IMG/VR virus record: IMGVR_UViG_3300040781_000267
Coordinates: 1 to 56,932 of that record
Source of the DNA: a virus
Taxonomy: Duplodnaviria; Caudoviricetes
Direction: 5' to 3' (one strand)
Length of the DNA: 56,932 nt
Shown here: piece by piece, positions 40,543-49,141 of the stretch
Numbering within the stretch: position 1 is the stretch's first letter
Layout of the letters: the number at the start of each line of letters is the position of its first letter
Notes under the pieces: generated by a model
Seen by the model: only the letters and a program-made list of their open reading frames with translations
Told to the model about the DNA's origin: nothing
Database searches by the model: none
Translations under genes and position numbers: made by a program

Positions 40543-43500
40543 TTAAGATAAGTTGAAACCAACTACCTTGTTAAGTCCGGTTGCACTATCAGTGAACCCG
40601 GTAGATATGTTACCACGGACATTATTATTTGTAACCATATAGCCGTCGCCAACACCAGCGTCTATCCATATACCGTGCGTCTGGGTGTTAGAAAATCCCG
40701 ACATAGGTCTAAATGTGCCGTTGCGGATAGAAAAGTCACTTATGTCCTTATGTATTGCTACTCCATTATTACTGTTACCGGAAGCCACAGAGGCATCGAT
40801 TGTAACATTAACTGGCAGTGTTACTCCAACAACACTATTAGCAACCGTATACCCGTCAACAGTGTTATTATACGAACGATGCCCTAGTATCTGTATACCA
40901 TCGATGGATCCTGTGCCGTATTGCTCAATAAAGATGCCGCTTCCGCCATTACTGGCTGTCCAGCAATCCGAGAAGTTGCACCCCTTAATTGCATTGTCAC
41001 CGCCGGCAATATAAATCCCGTGTCCGCTTACAGAAGAATCAAATGCACACTGATTAACAAAGCACCAGCTTATCTCGCCGAGGTCAGCTGTCATAAGCAT
41101 CCCGTGTCCGCTCTTGATAAAGTCACAGTCTGTCATCCAAACAGCGCCTGTTCCACGTATCCAGCACCCTGCATAAGGCTCTGTCCCGGTGTTGTCAGTT
41201 ACAACCCGTGTAACAAAAATATCATTACCGGCATCGATTCGTATGCAAGCGGAATTGGCTGCAACAAAAACTGTGTCGTTTATTTCAACATCAGTTATTG
41301 CTAGCACAACTGCATTAGTAATGTGTATTCCGTAAGTGTGCTTATCGATTCTAAGACGTTGGTACTGCCCATTTGAAGCAGCATCGGAATAAATGCCGGC
41401 GCCTGCTGTTTTAGTTACTGAAGAAGTTATAGACATACTATCTATAGAAATGTATCTAATATTATCACCAACATTAAAACTATGTGCTGTTGTACTAGTG
41501 TTCCTAATAACCGTAGCATCTACACCGGCTCCTAATAAGTGAATACCGAAATAATCTACGTCAAGTTCTGCGCCGATGTTATATGTGCCCGTCGGAAAGA
41601 ACACTGTGCCGCCCGTAGCGGATACAGAGTTAATTGCTGTCTGAATTGCTGCTCTGTCATCTGTGCTACCGTTGCCTGTTGCGCCAAAGTCTTTCACATT
41701 AACATAAATCCTGTCAACTGGCTGCAACGAAGTATCTGCCAAAGCACCCTGCGCCGCTGTTGCTATTGCTGCAAACGACAGTGTTCCGAGACCATCAGTA
41801 ACAAGTGCGTTATTAGCAGCACCGTCTGCAGATGGCCACGCAAGGTTCTGTAGAATTAAAGTTGCGCCGGCTGTTATACTTAGATTTTCGCCCGGGTCCG
41901 ATACAATTGCACCATTGCCGGAAAATCCGCAAACAACTGCTCCTAGTCCGTCTGGTACTAAATTAATATCTGCATCGGATCCGGCAGCCGTGACTATCGA
42001 AAATCCGTTTACGTCTAAATCTCCGCCGAGTTGCGGAGTAGTGTCGTCGACTACGTCTTGCAGATAAAATGCCGAGTAATCTCCTACTTCTGCAACAACA
42101 ACACCGGTACGACCAAACACAGAATCAACTGCGCCGCCTGCACTTATAGTAGTCCACGAAAGTGTTCCGGCGCCATCTGTTGTTAGTGCCTGGCCAACGG
42201 TACCATCTGCCAGCGGCCATTCTTGATTATTTAAAAATAATGATGTGTCGGATTGTACATATAATGCTTGGCCAACATCAGATTCGATTACGCCATCTGC
42301 TCCGGCGTTTCCGACAATCACTGTGCCAGCAGTGTCTGGAATAAGACTTATATCTGCACCAGATTCGATTGTTAGCGACTCGCCTGCTGCTGATGATATC
42401 ACGCCGGCTGCTCCTGGTGTGCCGATTGACAGGGCGCCAGTTCCGTCTGGTATTATAGTGACGTCGGCGTTGCTGCCAGGTGATGTGATCAATGCAAACC
42501 CATCTGTTGTTAAGTTGCCGCCTAGTGCAGGCGATGCGCCTGACACGCCGTCCCATCCAGATCCACCGCCGCCACCTGTTATCCAAGATAAGTTACCAGA
42601 TCCATCAGTAGACAAAACCTGACCTGCTGTGCCGTCGGTACTTGGCCATGTTTGTCCTAATAGAATTAGATCTACATCAGGATCAATATAAAGAGACTGT
42701 CCTACATCAGTGGACAATACGGCTGGGGCGCCGGTGTTACCAAAAATAACTTCACCGCCGTTGTCTGGAATAAGATTAATGTCGGCCCCGGAGCCAGGAG
42801 CAGTAATAATAGCAGAACCATTTACGTCTAAATTGCCGCCTAGTTGCGGAGTAGTGTCGTCGACTAAATCTTCTAAATAAAAGGCAGAATAGTCGCCTGC
42901 TTCCGCAACAACAACACCAGTACGACCAAACACAGAGGTAACATTGCCTGTTCCGCCGCTCGGGGTAGACCAATACAACACCCCGATACCGTTTGTAGTT
43001 AGTACCTGGCCAGCGGTTCCGAATACTTTCGGGTATACATTATTTTGTATTAGCAAATCCCCGTCTGCGTTAAGAAAAAGAGACTGTCCTACGTTTGCTT
43101 TAATTTTACCAGGAACCGGAGTTGAACCGATAATAACTGATCCATTTCCGTTTGGTATTATTTTAATATCTTGGTTGGCAGTAACACTTACGATGTTGTG
43201 ACCATTTACGTCTAAATTGCCGCCTAACTGTGGCGAAGGGTCGTCTACTACTGCGGTCAAATATGTCCCTCCGGCGCCCCACTGCAAATTGCCGGATCCA
43301 TCTGTAGTGAGTGCTTGGCCAGCGATGCCATCTACATTCGGCCATGTCAGTCCTTGTATCACAACATCGCCTAACGACTGAAGTGTTAATACCGTGTCTG
43401 CTTCAACTGTCAACGGCTGGGCAGTATCAGATGATAGAATGCCCGGTTGCCCTAGGCCTCCCATAATAACTTCACCTGTGCCGTCCGGTGCAATAACAAT

Positions 43501-43770
43501 ATCTTGGTTAGTACCGGTCGATGTAAAGATATCATATCCGTTTGTGTTTAGTGGTCCGCCTAAAACAGGTAGCGGGTCATCTTCAACTGCCTGTAATCCC
43601 GTCGGATTCGACTGTGTAAAAACAACACCGTCCTCGGTTACATTTACAGTTAGGTAATATCCGCCAGAACCGGCGTAAGATGAAGGGGTATCTGTTAGTT
43701 CGAGGAAAGTTTGTGCTCCGGCCAGCAGTGTCGGCCCTTGCAATTCTACCCCTGATAATATTAGACCCAT
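40543..43770 (-). CDS. Tailspike / fibre with pectin-lyase-like beta-helix
   Basis: VNVKDFGATGNGSTDDRAAIQTAIN...VFFPTGTY; repeated PQLGGNLDVNG and WP..DGT.GQ.LTTDG.G.L.W units; GATAAATAC at 43800-43808. Confidence 0.8.
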   Translation of the reverse strand: MGLILSGVELQGPTLLAGAQTFLELTDTPSSYAGSGGYYLTVNVTEDGVVFTQSNPTGLQAVEDDPLPVLGGPLNTNGYDIFTSTGTNQDIVIAPDGTGEVIMGGLGQPGILSSDTAQPLTVEADTVLTLQSLGDVVIQGLTWPNVDGIAGQALTTDGSGNLQWGAGGTYLTAVVDDPSPQLGGNLDVNGHNIVSVTANQDIKIIPNGNGSVIIGSTPVPGKIKANVGQSLFLNADGDLLIQNNVYPKVFGTAGQVLTTNGIGVLYWSTPSGGTGNVTSVFGRTGVVVAEAGDYSAFYLEDLVDDTTPQLGGNLDVNGSAIITAPGSGADINLIPDNGGEVIFGNTGAPAVLSTDVGQSLYIDPDVDLILLGQTWPSTDGTAGQVLSTDGSGNLSWITGGGGGSGWDGVSGASPALGGNLTTDGFALITSPGSNADVTIIPDGTGALSIGTPGAAGVISSAAGESLTIESGADISLIPDTAGTVIVGNAGADGVIESDVGQALYVQSDTSLFLNNQEWPLADGTVGQALTTDGAGTLSWTTISAGGAVDSVFGRTGVVVAEVGDYSAFYLQDVVDDTTPQLGGDLDVNGFSIVTAAGSDADINLVPDGLGAVVCGFSGNGAIVSDPGENLSITAGATLILQNLAWPSADGAANNALVTDGLGTLSFAAIATAAQGALADTSLQPVDRIYVNVKDFGATGNGSTDDRAAIQTAINSVSATGGTVFFPTGTYNIGAELDVDYFGIHLLGAGVDATVIRNTSTTAHSFNVGDNIRYISIDSMSITSSVTKTAGAGIYSDAASNGQYQRLRIDKHTYGIHITNAVVLAITDVEINDTVFVAANSACIRIDAGNDIFVTRVVTDNTGTEPYAGCWIRGTGAVWMTDCDFIKSGHGMLMTADLGEISWCFVNQCAFDSSVSGHGIYIAGGDNAIKGCNFSDCWTASNGGSGIFIEQYGTGSIDGIQILGHRSYNNTVDGYTVANSVVGVTLPVNVTIDASVASGNSNNGVAIHKDISDFSIRNGTFRPMSGFSNTQTHGIWIDAGVGDGYMVTNNNVRGNISTGFTDSATGLNKVVGFNLS

Positions 43771-43839
43771 ATTAATACTCCATAATAACTTAATTATGTG
43801 TATTTATCGTCTAAAGCTAGAATAGGAAATTTAGGAAGA

Positions 43840-43926
43840 TGGTGCCCTCCGAGGGAATCGAACCCATTGGCATCCTTCCCGAGTTTTAAGCCGGTGCCTT
43901 AGGAGGGCACTTCGGGGACGGAGGGC
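43840..43926 (-). tRNA. Atypical tRNA-Arg(CCU)-like RNA without a canonical D-arm
   Basis: Acceptor GCCCTCCG/CGGAGGGC-ACCA; GTGCC-CTCCTAA-GGCAC arm; GGG-TTCGATT-CCC T-arm; long variable region. Confidence 0.6.
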
Positions 43927-44055
43927 GTAAAGTGGGGGTCACCGCTTCCCCCACACTGGAGACTTTAAGATTTTCTAAGGTTTTCGCTAGACGTACATCA
44001 CTGAGCGGTGCTAGCACCGATGTCTCTTTACCTTAAACGTCGTACGGTGTTGTAT

Positions 44056-44703
44056 TTATAAAGTAACCGATGATATTTTCCGATACTTGCATTTGTAACA
44101 CTTACCACACGACTTAAATGCATCTTTTGCAGGGTATTTCGGTGTAATACAAGACACTACTTTCCTACGAATAGGTGTCGGTAATAATGTATATGCTTGC
44201 TTCATGGTCAAATCGGCATACGGAAATTCGAGCGACAGCGACGGAGAATGATCTGACAACTGAACAGACGACTCGAATATCTTGCTAGCTTTCTCTAACA
44301 AACGTCGATATGAGTCGTTTTCGTCGATATCTGTTTTTGTTGTTCCAAAAACTACCCTATCTATTCCGGGATTTCCGGCTGCAATATTTGCTGCCATAAA
44401 TGCAACTGCATCTAATTCTAAAACATTCCTCGAATATCTAGGCGGAATCATAAACTTAGTATCTACTGTACTCTCAGCAAAGAAAAACTTACGGTATTTT
44501 TTCTTGCCTTGAATATAATCAATTACAGATTTACATGCAATCGATTCAGCTAGTGCTTTATTTCTAGAATCTAGAAAATGTACATGATGTACTATAATAT
44601 CGTGATCTTTATACTTCGACTCTGTCAGTAAATCCACCAACAATGCAGTAGAGGATATGCCGCCAGACCACATTAGCAGTATTGCAGGGACTGTTTCGCT
44701 CAT
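44056..44703 (-). CDS. QueC-like PP-loop protein with degenerate motif
   Basis: LLMWSGGISST (the usual Asp is replaced by Ser); C-terminal SC..P.......CGKCYKC Zn motif. Confidence 0.7.
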   Translation of the reverse strand: MSETVPAILLMWSGGISSTALLVDLLTESKYKDHDIIVHHVHFLDSRNKALAESIACKSVIDYIQGKKKYRKFFFAESTVDTKFMIPPRYSRNVLELDAVAFMAANIAAGNPGIDRVVFGTTKTDIDENDSYRRLLEKASKIFESSVQLSDHSPSLSLEFPYADLTMKQAYTLLPTPIRRKVVSCITPKYPAKDAFKSCGKCYKCKYRKISSVTL

Positions 44704-44716
44704 TATTATCTCTTAG

Positions 44717-44804
44717 TGGCGGAAGGCGGAGGTCTCGATCCCCATGCCCGTTAAGGCACGAACTGTTTTCGAGGCAGTCTTAGCTCCTAGCTAATTCACC
44801 TTCC
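44717..44804 (-). tRNA. 8/4-type tRNA-Ser(CGA)
   Basis: 8-bp acceptor GGAAGGTG/CGCCTTCC, G73 and CCA; 6-bp D-stem; loop CTCGAAA; long V-arm; 4-bp T-stem with loop ATCGAGA. Confidence 0.85.
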
Positions 44805-44849
44805 ATTATAACAGTATTTATCACTGCGAGACAAGCTCGCAGTTTTATT

Positions 44850-46466
44850 TTACGGATTCAACGACGAAACCTTATGTGCAAAACTAAGAATTCCCGTCGA
44901 CCAACCACCTAGTATGTAAGTCTTATCGTAGATCTCAGGAACAATAGTATCGCTATATCCTGCCATCTGTACAAGATACACTTGTACATTCGGATTTACT
45001 TCCTTGCGGTATGCTGCAATTAGAGCAGGCACATCCACATAGCTGCGACCATAGCTACCTCGATCTTTCCATGTGAATTCTTTGGATGGCTTATATTGTT
45101 CTCTACAGAAAAGCTCGCCGTGACCGGCTTGCATGTCAGAGTACACAAATACATGATCAAAGTGTTCTTTATTTCTGATCGCCTTATCCCAGAATAGCCA
45201 GATGCCAGTTTCGGTGCCGCCGCCAACACTATCGCCTACTTTTTGCACCTTGTCCATTTGCTCGAAAATTCCTCGGTTAGGATCAATTTTCACCTCCTTT
45301 AGAGTATCGCCGAATGGATAAACAGCCGCTTCTCCTTCTGTAACCATACCCGTAAGAACCGCAGTTAGGTTTGCAATAGTGGACACTTGCGCTGAACCCT
45401 GGCTAGATGTAAATGTTCCGCGAGCAGAACCGCTATTGTCGCATAATGCAGCAACACGGCCATTGAATCGTGGCAGATTCTCAACGGACTCTTCCATGCA
45501 TCGCTCTACTGCCGCCTGAATTGCTAACGGCGCCGATGCATTTTGTAACTGCTGATATGCAGTATAGTAACGGAAAGGCAATTGCTTACCATTTGCTACA
45601 CCTTCAATCAGTTTGTCAGTAAATAGTGTGTGGCTAACACCGTTGTCGTTTAGATTACGGAGGTTACGTAACAAAGCCATGTGGCCCATCAAATCAACCG
45701 CCTTTGTCCATGTCTCTTTATTAGAACCCTGTTCGGAAATCAAAGACTCCCAGGTATTTTGCTCGTTCTTTAGCTTGTTATAAACAAGCTCGTCAATCGC
45801 ATCAGAGTGTGCATGAGCCATACGAACTACGTCAATTGTCTTAACTGTACGAGATTCCATGCGATACTTAGCAAGCTGATAAGAATTTAGACCTTCCAGT
45901 ACATCCTTCCACGCTTTCTTAAGAGCATTAGGGATTGTCTTGCCGTATTTGCTCATCTGGTATGCCATCTGTACGGCCGGTTCGTCGCCGCGCCGGATGA
46001 TATCACTTGCATACTTACGAATTAATCCTGTGCCTTTTGCATTCGGATGATTCGCTGCCCGCACCATAATAACCTGAGGTGTTGTGCGAATCATATCTTC
46101 GTTCCGCAAGGCTACTGCCAGTTGCAAAGTTGCCTCAACATCGTAGTTTAGGGCGGCGTCTATAGCCTCTTCCATCACATCGACTGTTGTTTTACCATTT
46201 GTCTCACGAGGTGTGACAATGCCTTTCAAAACATCAACAAGGTATTGCATTGCAGTCGGAGTGATCCCTGCATTAATCTTGCCTGCCTTAGATTTCATAC
46301 CTCCGTCTACATAATATGCCGGTTCGCCAAAGAAACAAGATGCCGCAATCATGCGAAGCTTGTTCAAAGGGTTAGTTACATCGAAAGATGCTCCGCCGTC
46401 GAAATTAGTGTGTGCTTCCAGTGTTACTTTTGGAGCCTTTGTCTTTGTAGTGTTTACAGTGGTCAT
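44850..46466 (-). CDS. rsr: Ro60/Rsr-like TROVE + vWA RNA-binding protein
   Basis: N-terminal N..GGASF, FFGEPAYY; ALRNEDMIR, YQLAKY, TWES, MALLRNLRNL and LPFRYYTAY; MIDAS motif CDNSGS, GGGT and SDMQ. Confidence 0.92.
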   Translation of the reverse strand: MTTVNTTKTKAPKVTLEAHTNFDGGASFDVTNPLNKLRMIAASCFFGEPAYYVDGGMKSKAGKINAGITPTAMQYLVDVLKGIVTPRETNGKTTVDVMEEAIDAALNYDVEATLQLAVALRNEDMIRTTPQVIMVRAANHPNAKGTGLIRKYASDIIRRGDEPAVQMAYQMSKYGKTIPNALKKAWKDVLEGLNSYQLAKYRMESRTVKTIDVVRMAHAHSDAIDELVYNKLKNEQNTWESLISEQGSNKETWTKAVDLMGHMALLRNLRNLNDNGVSHTLFTDKLIEGVANGKQLPFRYYTAYQQLQNASAPLAIQAAVERCMEESVENLPRFNGRVAALCDNSGSARGTFTSSQGSAQVSTIANLTAVLTGMVTEGEAAVYPFGDTLKEVKIDPNRGIFEQMDKVQKVGDSVGGGTETGIWLFWDKAIRNKEHFDHVFVYSDMQAGHGELFCREQYKPSKEFTWKDRGSYGRSYVDVPALIAAYRKEVNPNVQVYLVQMAGYSDTIVPEIYDKTYILGGWSTGILSFAHKVSSLNP

Positions 46467-46478
46467 TGTGTTTTCCTC

Positions 46479-46501
46479 TTGAAGAATTTATCTGCTATCA
46501 A
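46479..46501 (-). promoter_or_regulatory. Minimal copy of the Y-RNA module abutting the ro60 Shine-Dalgarno
   Basis: TTGA-TAGCA-GATA-AATTCT-TCAA immediately followed by GAGG. Confidence 0.5.
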
Positions 46502-46530
46502 TAAGTGTGTTTGGTACTGTTAAACTAGTG

Positions 46531-46550
46531 AAAGGTGCCAGGGGCACCTT
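46531..46550 (-). terminator. Terminator- or attenuator-like hairpin between the Y RNAs and ro60
   Basis: AAGGTGCC-CCT-GGCACCTT-T with a short T-tract. Confidence 0.5.
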
Positions 46551-46558
46551 GTTTAGAA

Positions 46559-46776
46559 AAAGGGAGAATACCGATTTCGGCATCAGACATAACGGAGTCT
46601 CGTTCTACCGTTGTGAAATTCCTCGTCCACAACCATCTACTAATTCACCGTAGACAATAGTTTGAATCTCGTCAAACACCAGTTACATTCGGCTGTAACA
46701 ACCTGTAGTAATAATAAGTCTTACCTTATCAGGGACTACGCTCAGTTAGAAGTATCCGAAAAACCTGCTACCCTTT
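46559..46776 (-). ncRNA. Y-RNA-like RNA with a large multi-hairpin domain (218 nt)
   Basis: AAAGGG-TAGCA...TTCGG-ATACTTC [about 170 nt] CCGAA...TATTCT-CCCTTT. Confidence 0.7.
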
Positions 46777-46783
46777 GGAAAAA

Positions 46784-46852
46784 ATTAGGAGAATAAACGT
46801 TTAGAGTTGTGGTTTCAGCAAATTGAAGTAACTCTCAACACCGCTTCCTAAT
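46784..46852 (-). ncRNA. Short Y-RNA-like RNA (69 nt)
   Basis: ATTAGG-AAGCG-GTGTTGAGAGTT-ACTTC...AACTCTAAACGT-TTATTCT-CCTAAT. Confidence 0.7.
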
Positions 46853-46878
46853 AGTAACTTTATTTATTTAACAGACAC

Positions 46879-46907
46879 ATTATAACGTCTGTTAAGTGCA
46901 AAGTCAA
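46879..46907 (-). promoter_or_regulatory. Sigma70-like promoter for two Y RNAs and ro60
   Basis: TTGACT-17 nt-TATAAT; an AATAAATA late-like box follows at about 46861-46868. Confidence 0.75.
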
Positions 46908-46925
46908 GCACTTTTTATAAAAAAG

Positions 46926-47014
46926 GAGCTGGGAAAGTGACAAGCCTTCCTACGTTTGTTCGAAACCCGTCGGGATGCAGCCCGGAGTAACTCGTCGCCG
47001 GCGCTACCCGGCTC
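46926..47014 (-). ncRNA. Y-RNA-like RNA (89 nt, divergent module)
   Basis: GAGCCGGG-TAGCG...GACGAGTT-ACTCC...GGCTTGTC-ACTTT-CCCAGCTC followed by a T-run. Confidence 0.6.
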
Positions 47015-47022
47015 AATTGTAG

Positions 47023-47346
47023 TCACAACTCCTTATTGTCTTCTTTAATGTACATGTACGGCTCGGCCCACGCTTGATACGTGTTGTGGTGTCCTTCGTA
47101 CAAGTCAAATTCAATCCGATAAGACCCGTTCGGTCCTCGGTCCGTATCCCACACTACTGCAAACCGATCTTCTATACTCGCTACACGGTCTTTGGAAAAA
47201 TTCTTTTCAAACTCTTCCAACAGTCGCTGGGCAGGAACTTTTACTTTGTATGTCTTTTCGTTTACTTTCGTGCAAACTCCGCGCATAAGAAACTGACAAT
47301 GCAAGACTACAACCTCAGTGTCAACTTCTATCTGATTTCGCATCAT
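47023..47346 (-). CDS. Hypothetical protein
   Basis: GAGG RBS, packed ORF. Confidence 0.65.
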   Translation of the reverse strand: MMRNQIEVDTEVVVLHCQFLMRGVCTKVNEKTYKVKVPAQRLLEEFEKNFSKDRVASIEDRFAVVWDTDRGPNGSYRIEFDLYEGHHNTYQAWAEPYMYIKEDNKEL

Positions 47347-47719
47347 GTTTCCTCTCGTTATACCAGTGTAAAAACATATCTAAAACGAATCGAAAATTGT
47401 TACCCTTTAACACGAACACCGTTTCGTCTTCTTTGCTACAAAATCCATAGGCCATCGAAAATTCTTCCTGGAACATATTATGGTCCATGCGGTGATATAT
47501 TTTATGATGAATTCCGTGTCGTCGTTCTAAATTGTATTCATACAAATAGCTGTTTAGTATGTGTGTTTGCATCGTAGGCGAGTCGGTGTTGTCTAATCCA
47601 TTAACTAAGTTAACCAACGGTGTAATCGCCCAACTGCGATCGAGTAAGACATTGTGGTTGCCGCAAACATATTCCGGTACTAATATATCCCGAGGGATAT
47701 ATTCTAGTGCGTGTGCCAT
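47321..47719 (-). CDS. Hypothetical protein
   Basis: Contains FCSKEDETVFVLK. Confidence 0.6.
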   Translation of the reverse strand: MAHALEYIPRDILVPEYVCGNHNVLLDRSWAITPLVNLVNGLDNTDSPTMQTHILNSYLYEYNLERRHGIHHKIYHRMDHNMFQEEFSMAYGFCSKEDETVFVLKGNNFRFVLDMFLHWYNERKHDAKSDRS

Positions 47720-47720
47720 G

Positions 47721-48035
47721 TCAACTCTTCGAGATCAACGCAACCATTTCTTCTTGTCGTATCTTTGCATCGAGAATTGCTTCCTTGACAACACGACGAT
47801 AATGTTTCAGTAGTCTCTGCTTGGCAGGGTCGGGAAGACGGTCAGTAATGTCATAGAGTCGATTGATGTTGCTGTAATTAGATGAGACAATCGAAACCCT
47901 AACACACTTTCGTTCGATCATCTCGTCGAGTAATTCAACTTCTTCAACAGCGCCCTTGATCCAACGACTCACCTCCGACAATTCTGTCGCAAGCTCGATT
48001 GTGTTGGACTTTTTTACTGTATTTGATTTCGCCAT
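47721..48035 (-). CDS. Hypothetical protein
   Basis: AAGGT RBS, helical sequence. Confidence 0.65.
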   Translation of the reverse strand: MAKSNTVKKSNTIELATELSEVSRWIKGAVEEVELLDEMIERKCVRVSIVSSNYSNINRLYDITDRLPDPAKQRLLKHYRRVVKEAILDAKIRQEEMVALISKS

Positions 48036-48055
48036 GGTGTTACCTTTGTTAAAGT

Positions 48056-48194
48056 GTTTAGAGAATATTAAGGACGGCGTGTTTTCTGGCGGGTGTGCTG
48101 TCCATTACACTATATCCAAATCTAATCTGGACAACAGGGATCGAACCTGTACCTCCTGCTTGGCTTGAAGTATCCGTATCTTCCGCTTCTAAAC
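48056..48194 (-). ncRNA. yrlA: YrlA-type tRNA-mimic Y RNA
   Basis: The shared module (GTTTAG-AAGCG...ACGG-ATACTTC / CCGT...TATTCT-CTAAAC) encloses, in order, T-arm ACAGG-TTCGATC-CCTGT, a loop-closed acceptor-like stem TGTCCAGA/TTTGGATA and D-arm TAGTGTAATGGACAGCAC. Confidence 0.85.
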
Positions 48195-48623
48195 GTAATT
48201 TACCTTTGTCGAACTATTAATCTCACGAATCAATCTCGTATGTTTCTGATCTTCTTCCTTTAGTGCTGCAAGCTCGTCGTATGTTTCCAATACTAAGCGT
48301 TCCATAAACTTAGCGTAGTGCCACAGTGGATTATGACTAACATATACTTCTACAAAGTCTCGTACTTTTACAGACAGCCCGTAATCACCTATCACAAATC
48401 CTAAGGGATCGTAATCATATCTCCTGCACCCTACAAATCGTAACACAGGGTGCTCTGTGTAGTCGGTCTCGTGGTTGTACGGGTCGTTAATAAAAATCAG
48501 CTGCCCTTCGTGTCGGACACCTTCTACTTCCGTGATGAGCTTCTGCTCGGTTAGACAGATATTGCTAAAGTACCGTTCTAACCGAGACTGAAGGTTACTA
48601 ACTTGTGTATCGTAGTCGATCAC
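48189..48623 (-). CDS. Hypothetical protein
   Basis: GTGA overlap with the upstream gene. Confidence 0.6.
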   Translation of the reverse strand: MIDYDTQVSNLQSRLERYFSNICLTEQKLITEVEGVRHEGQLIFINDPYNHETDYTEHPVLRFVGCRRYDYDPLGFVIGDYGLSVKVRDFVEVYVSHNPLWHYAKFMERLVLETYDELAALKEEDQKHTRLIREINSSTKVNYV

Positions 48624-49108
48624 TTGTTAAGAGATTCGATCTGCACAAGTGCCTTAGCGGAAATCTTCTCGTAAGTTGCCTTAAAGATTCCCTTAATCAT
48701 ATTCTGTACTGCATCAATAATGTCGCCGATAAGCGATTCCACCAGACTAAACGGCCAAGCAATAACCCATTGGGTAATTTTAGATAAGGCTTCCTGAGGA
48801 TCAATCATTTGTTTTCCGGACGAGGCCATTATTTTGCCGTTAGCCACTTCGCTGACGATATGAGCGCAATATTTCTTCCAGCGCCACAGTGACCACACGA
48901 GACCAATCGGAACCCAGACAACTGCTAATACGCCCATCATTGTCCAAGTTACAGACGGCAACGATACTGCTGCCAGCATCATAACTATCGTAAAAAATAC
49001 TGTCCAGCCGTGTGCTTCGTTGTGTTCTGTGACTAATGCGATAATACCCAGTAGGATAAATATCGGAACCCACCAGACTAGTAAAAATGCACCAATTGCA
49101 GCAAACAT
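48620..49108 (-). CDS. Hypothetical membrane protein
   Basis: Three to four hydrophobic segments; W..AWP.S motif. Confidence 0.7.
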   Translation of the reverse strand: MFAAIGAFLLVWWVPIFILLGIIALVTEHNEAHGWTVFFTIVMMLAAVSLPSVTWTMMGVLAVVWVPIGLVWSLWRWKKYCAHIVSEVANGKIMASSGKQMIDPQEALSKITQWVIAWPFSLVESLIGDIIDAVQNMIKGIFKATYEKISAKALVQIESLNK

Positions 49109-49141
49109 AATAATTTCCTTTGTGTTGTGTGTTGTTAATAG

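Noticed and set aside
43840-43926. Alternative reading as tRNA-Leu(UAA) via CCGG-CTTAAAA-CTCGG
   Set aside because: That stem is imperfect, while the CCU arm is a perfect 5-bp stem with a 7-nt loop and parallels the UCU RNA. Not fully excluded.
46559-47014. Repeated motif upstream of ro60 as a CRISPR or toxin-antitoxin repeat array
   Set aside because: The units are not direct repeats; conservation is structural, lengths differ widely, and one related copy is YrlA-like.
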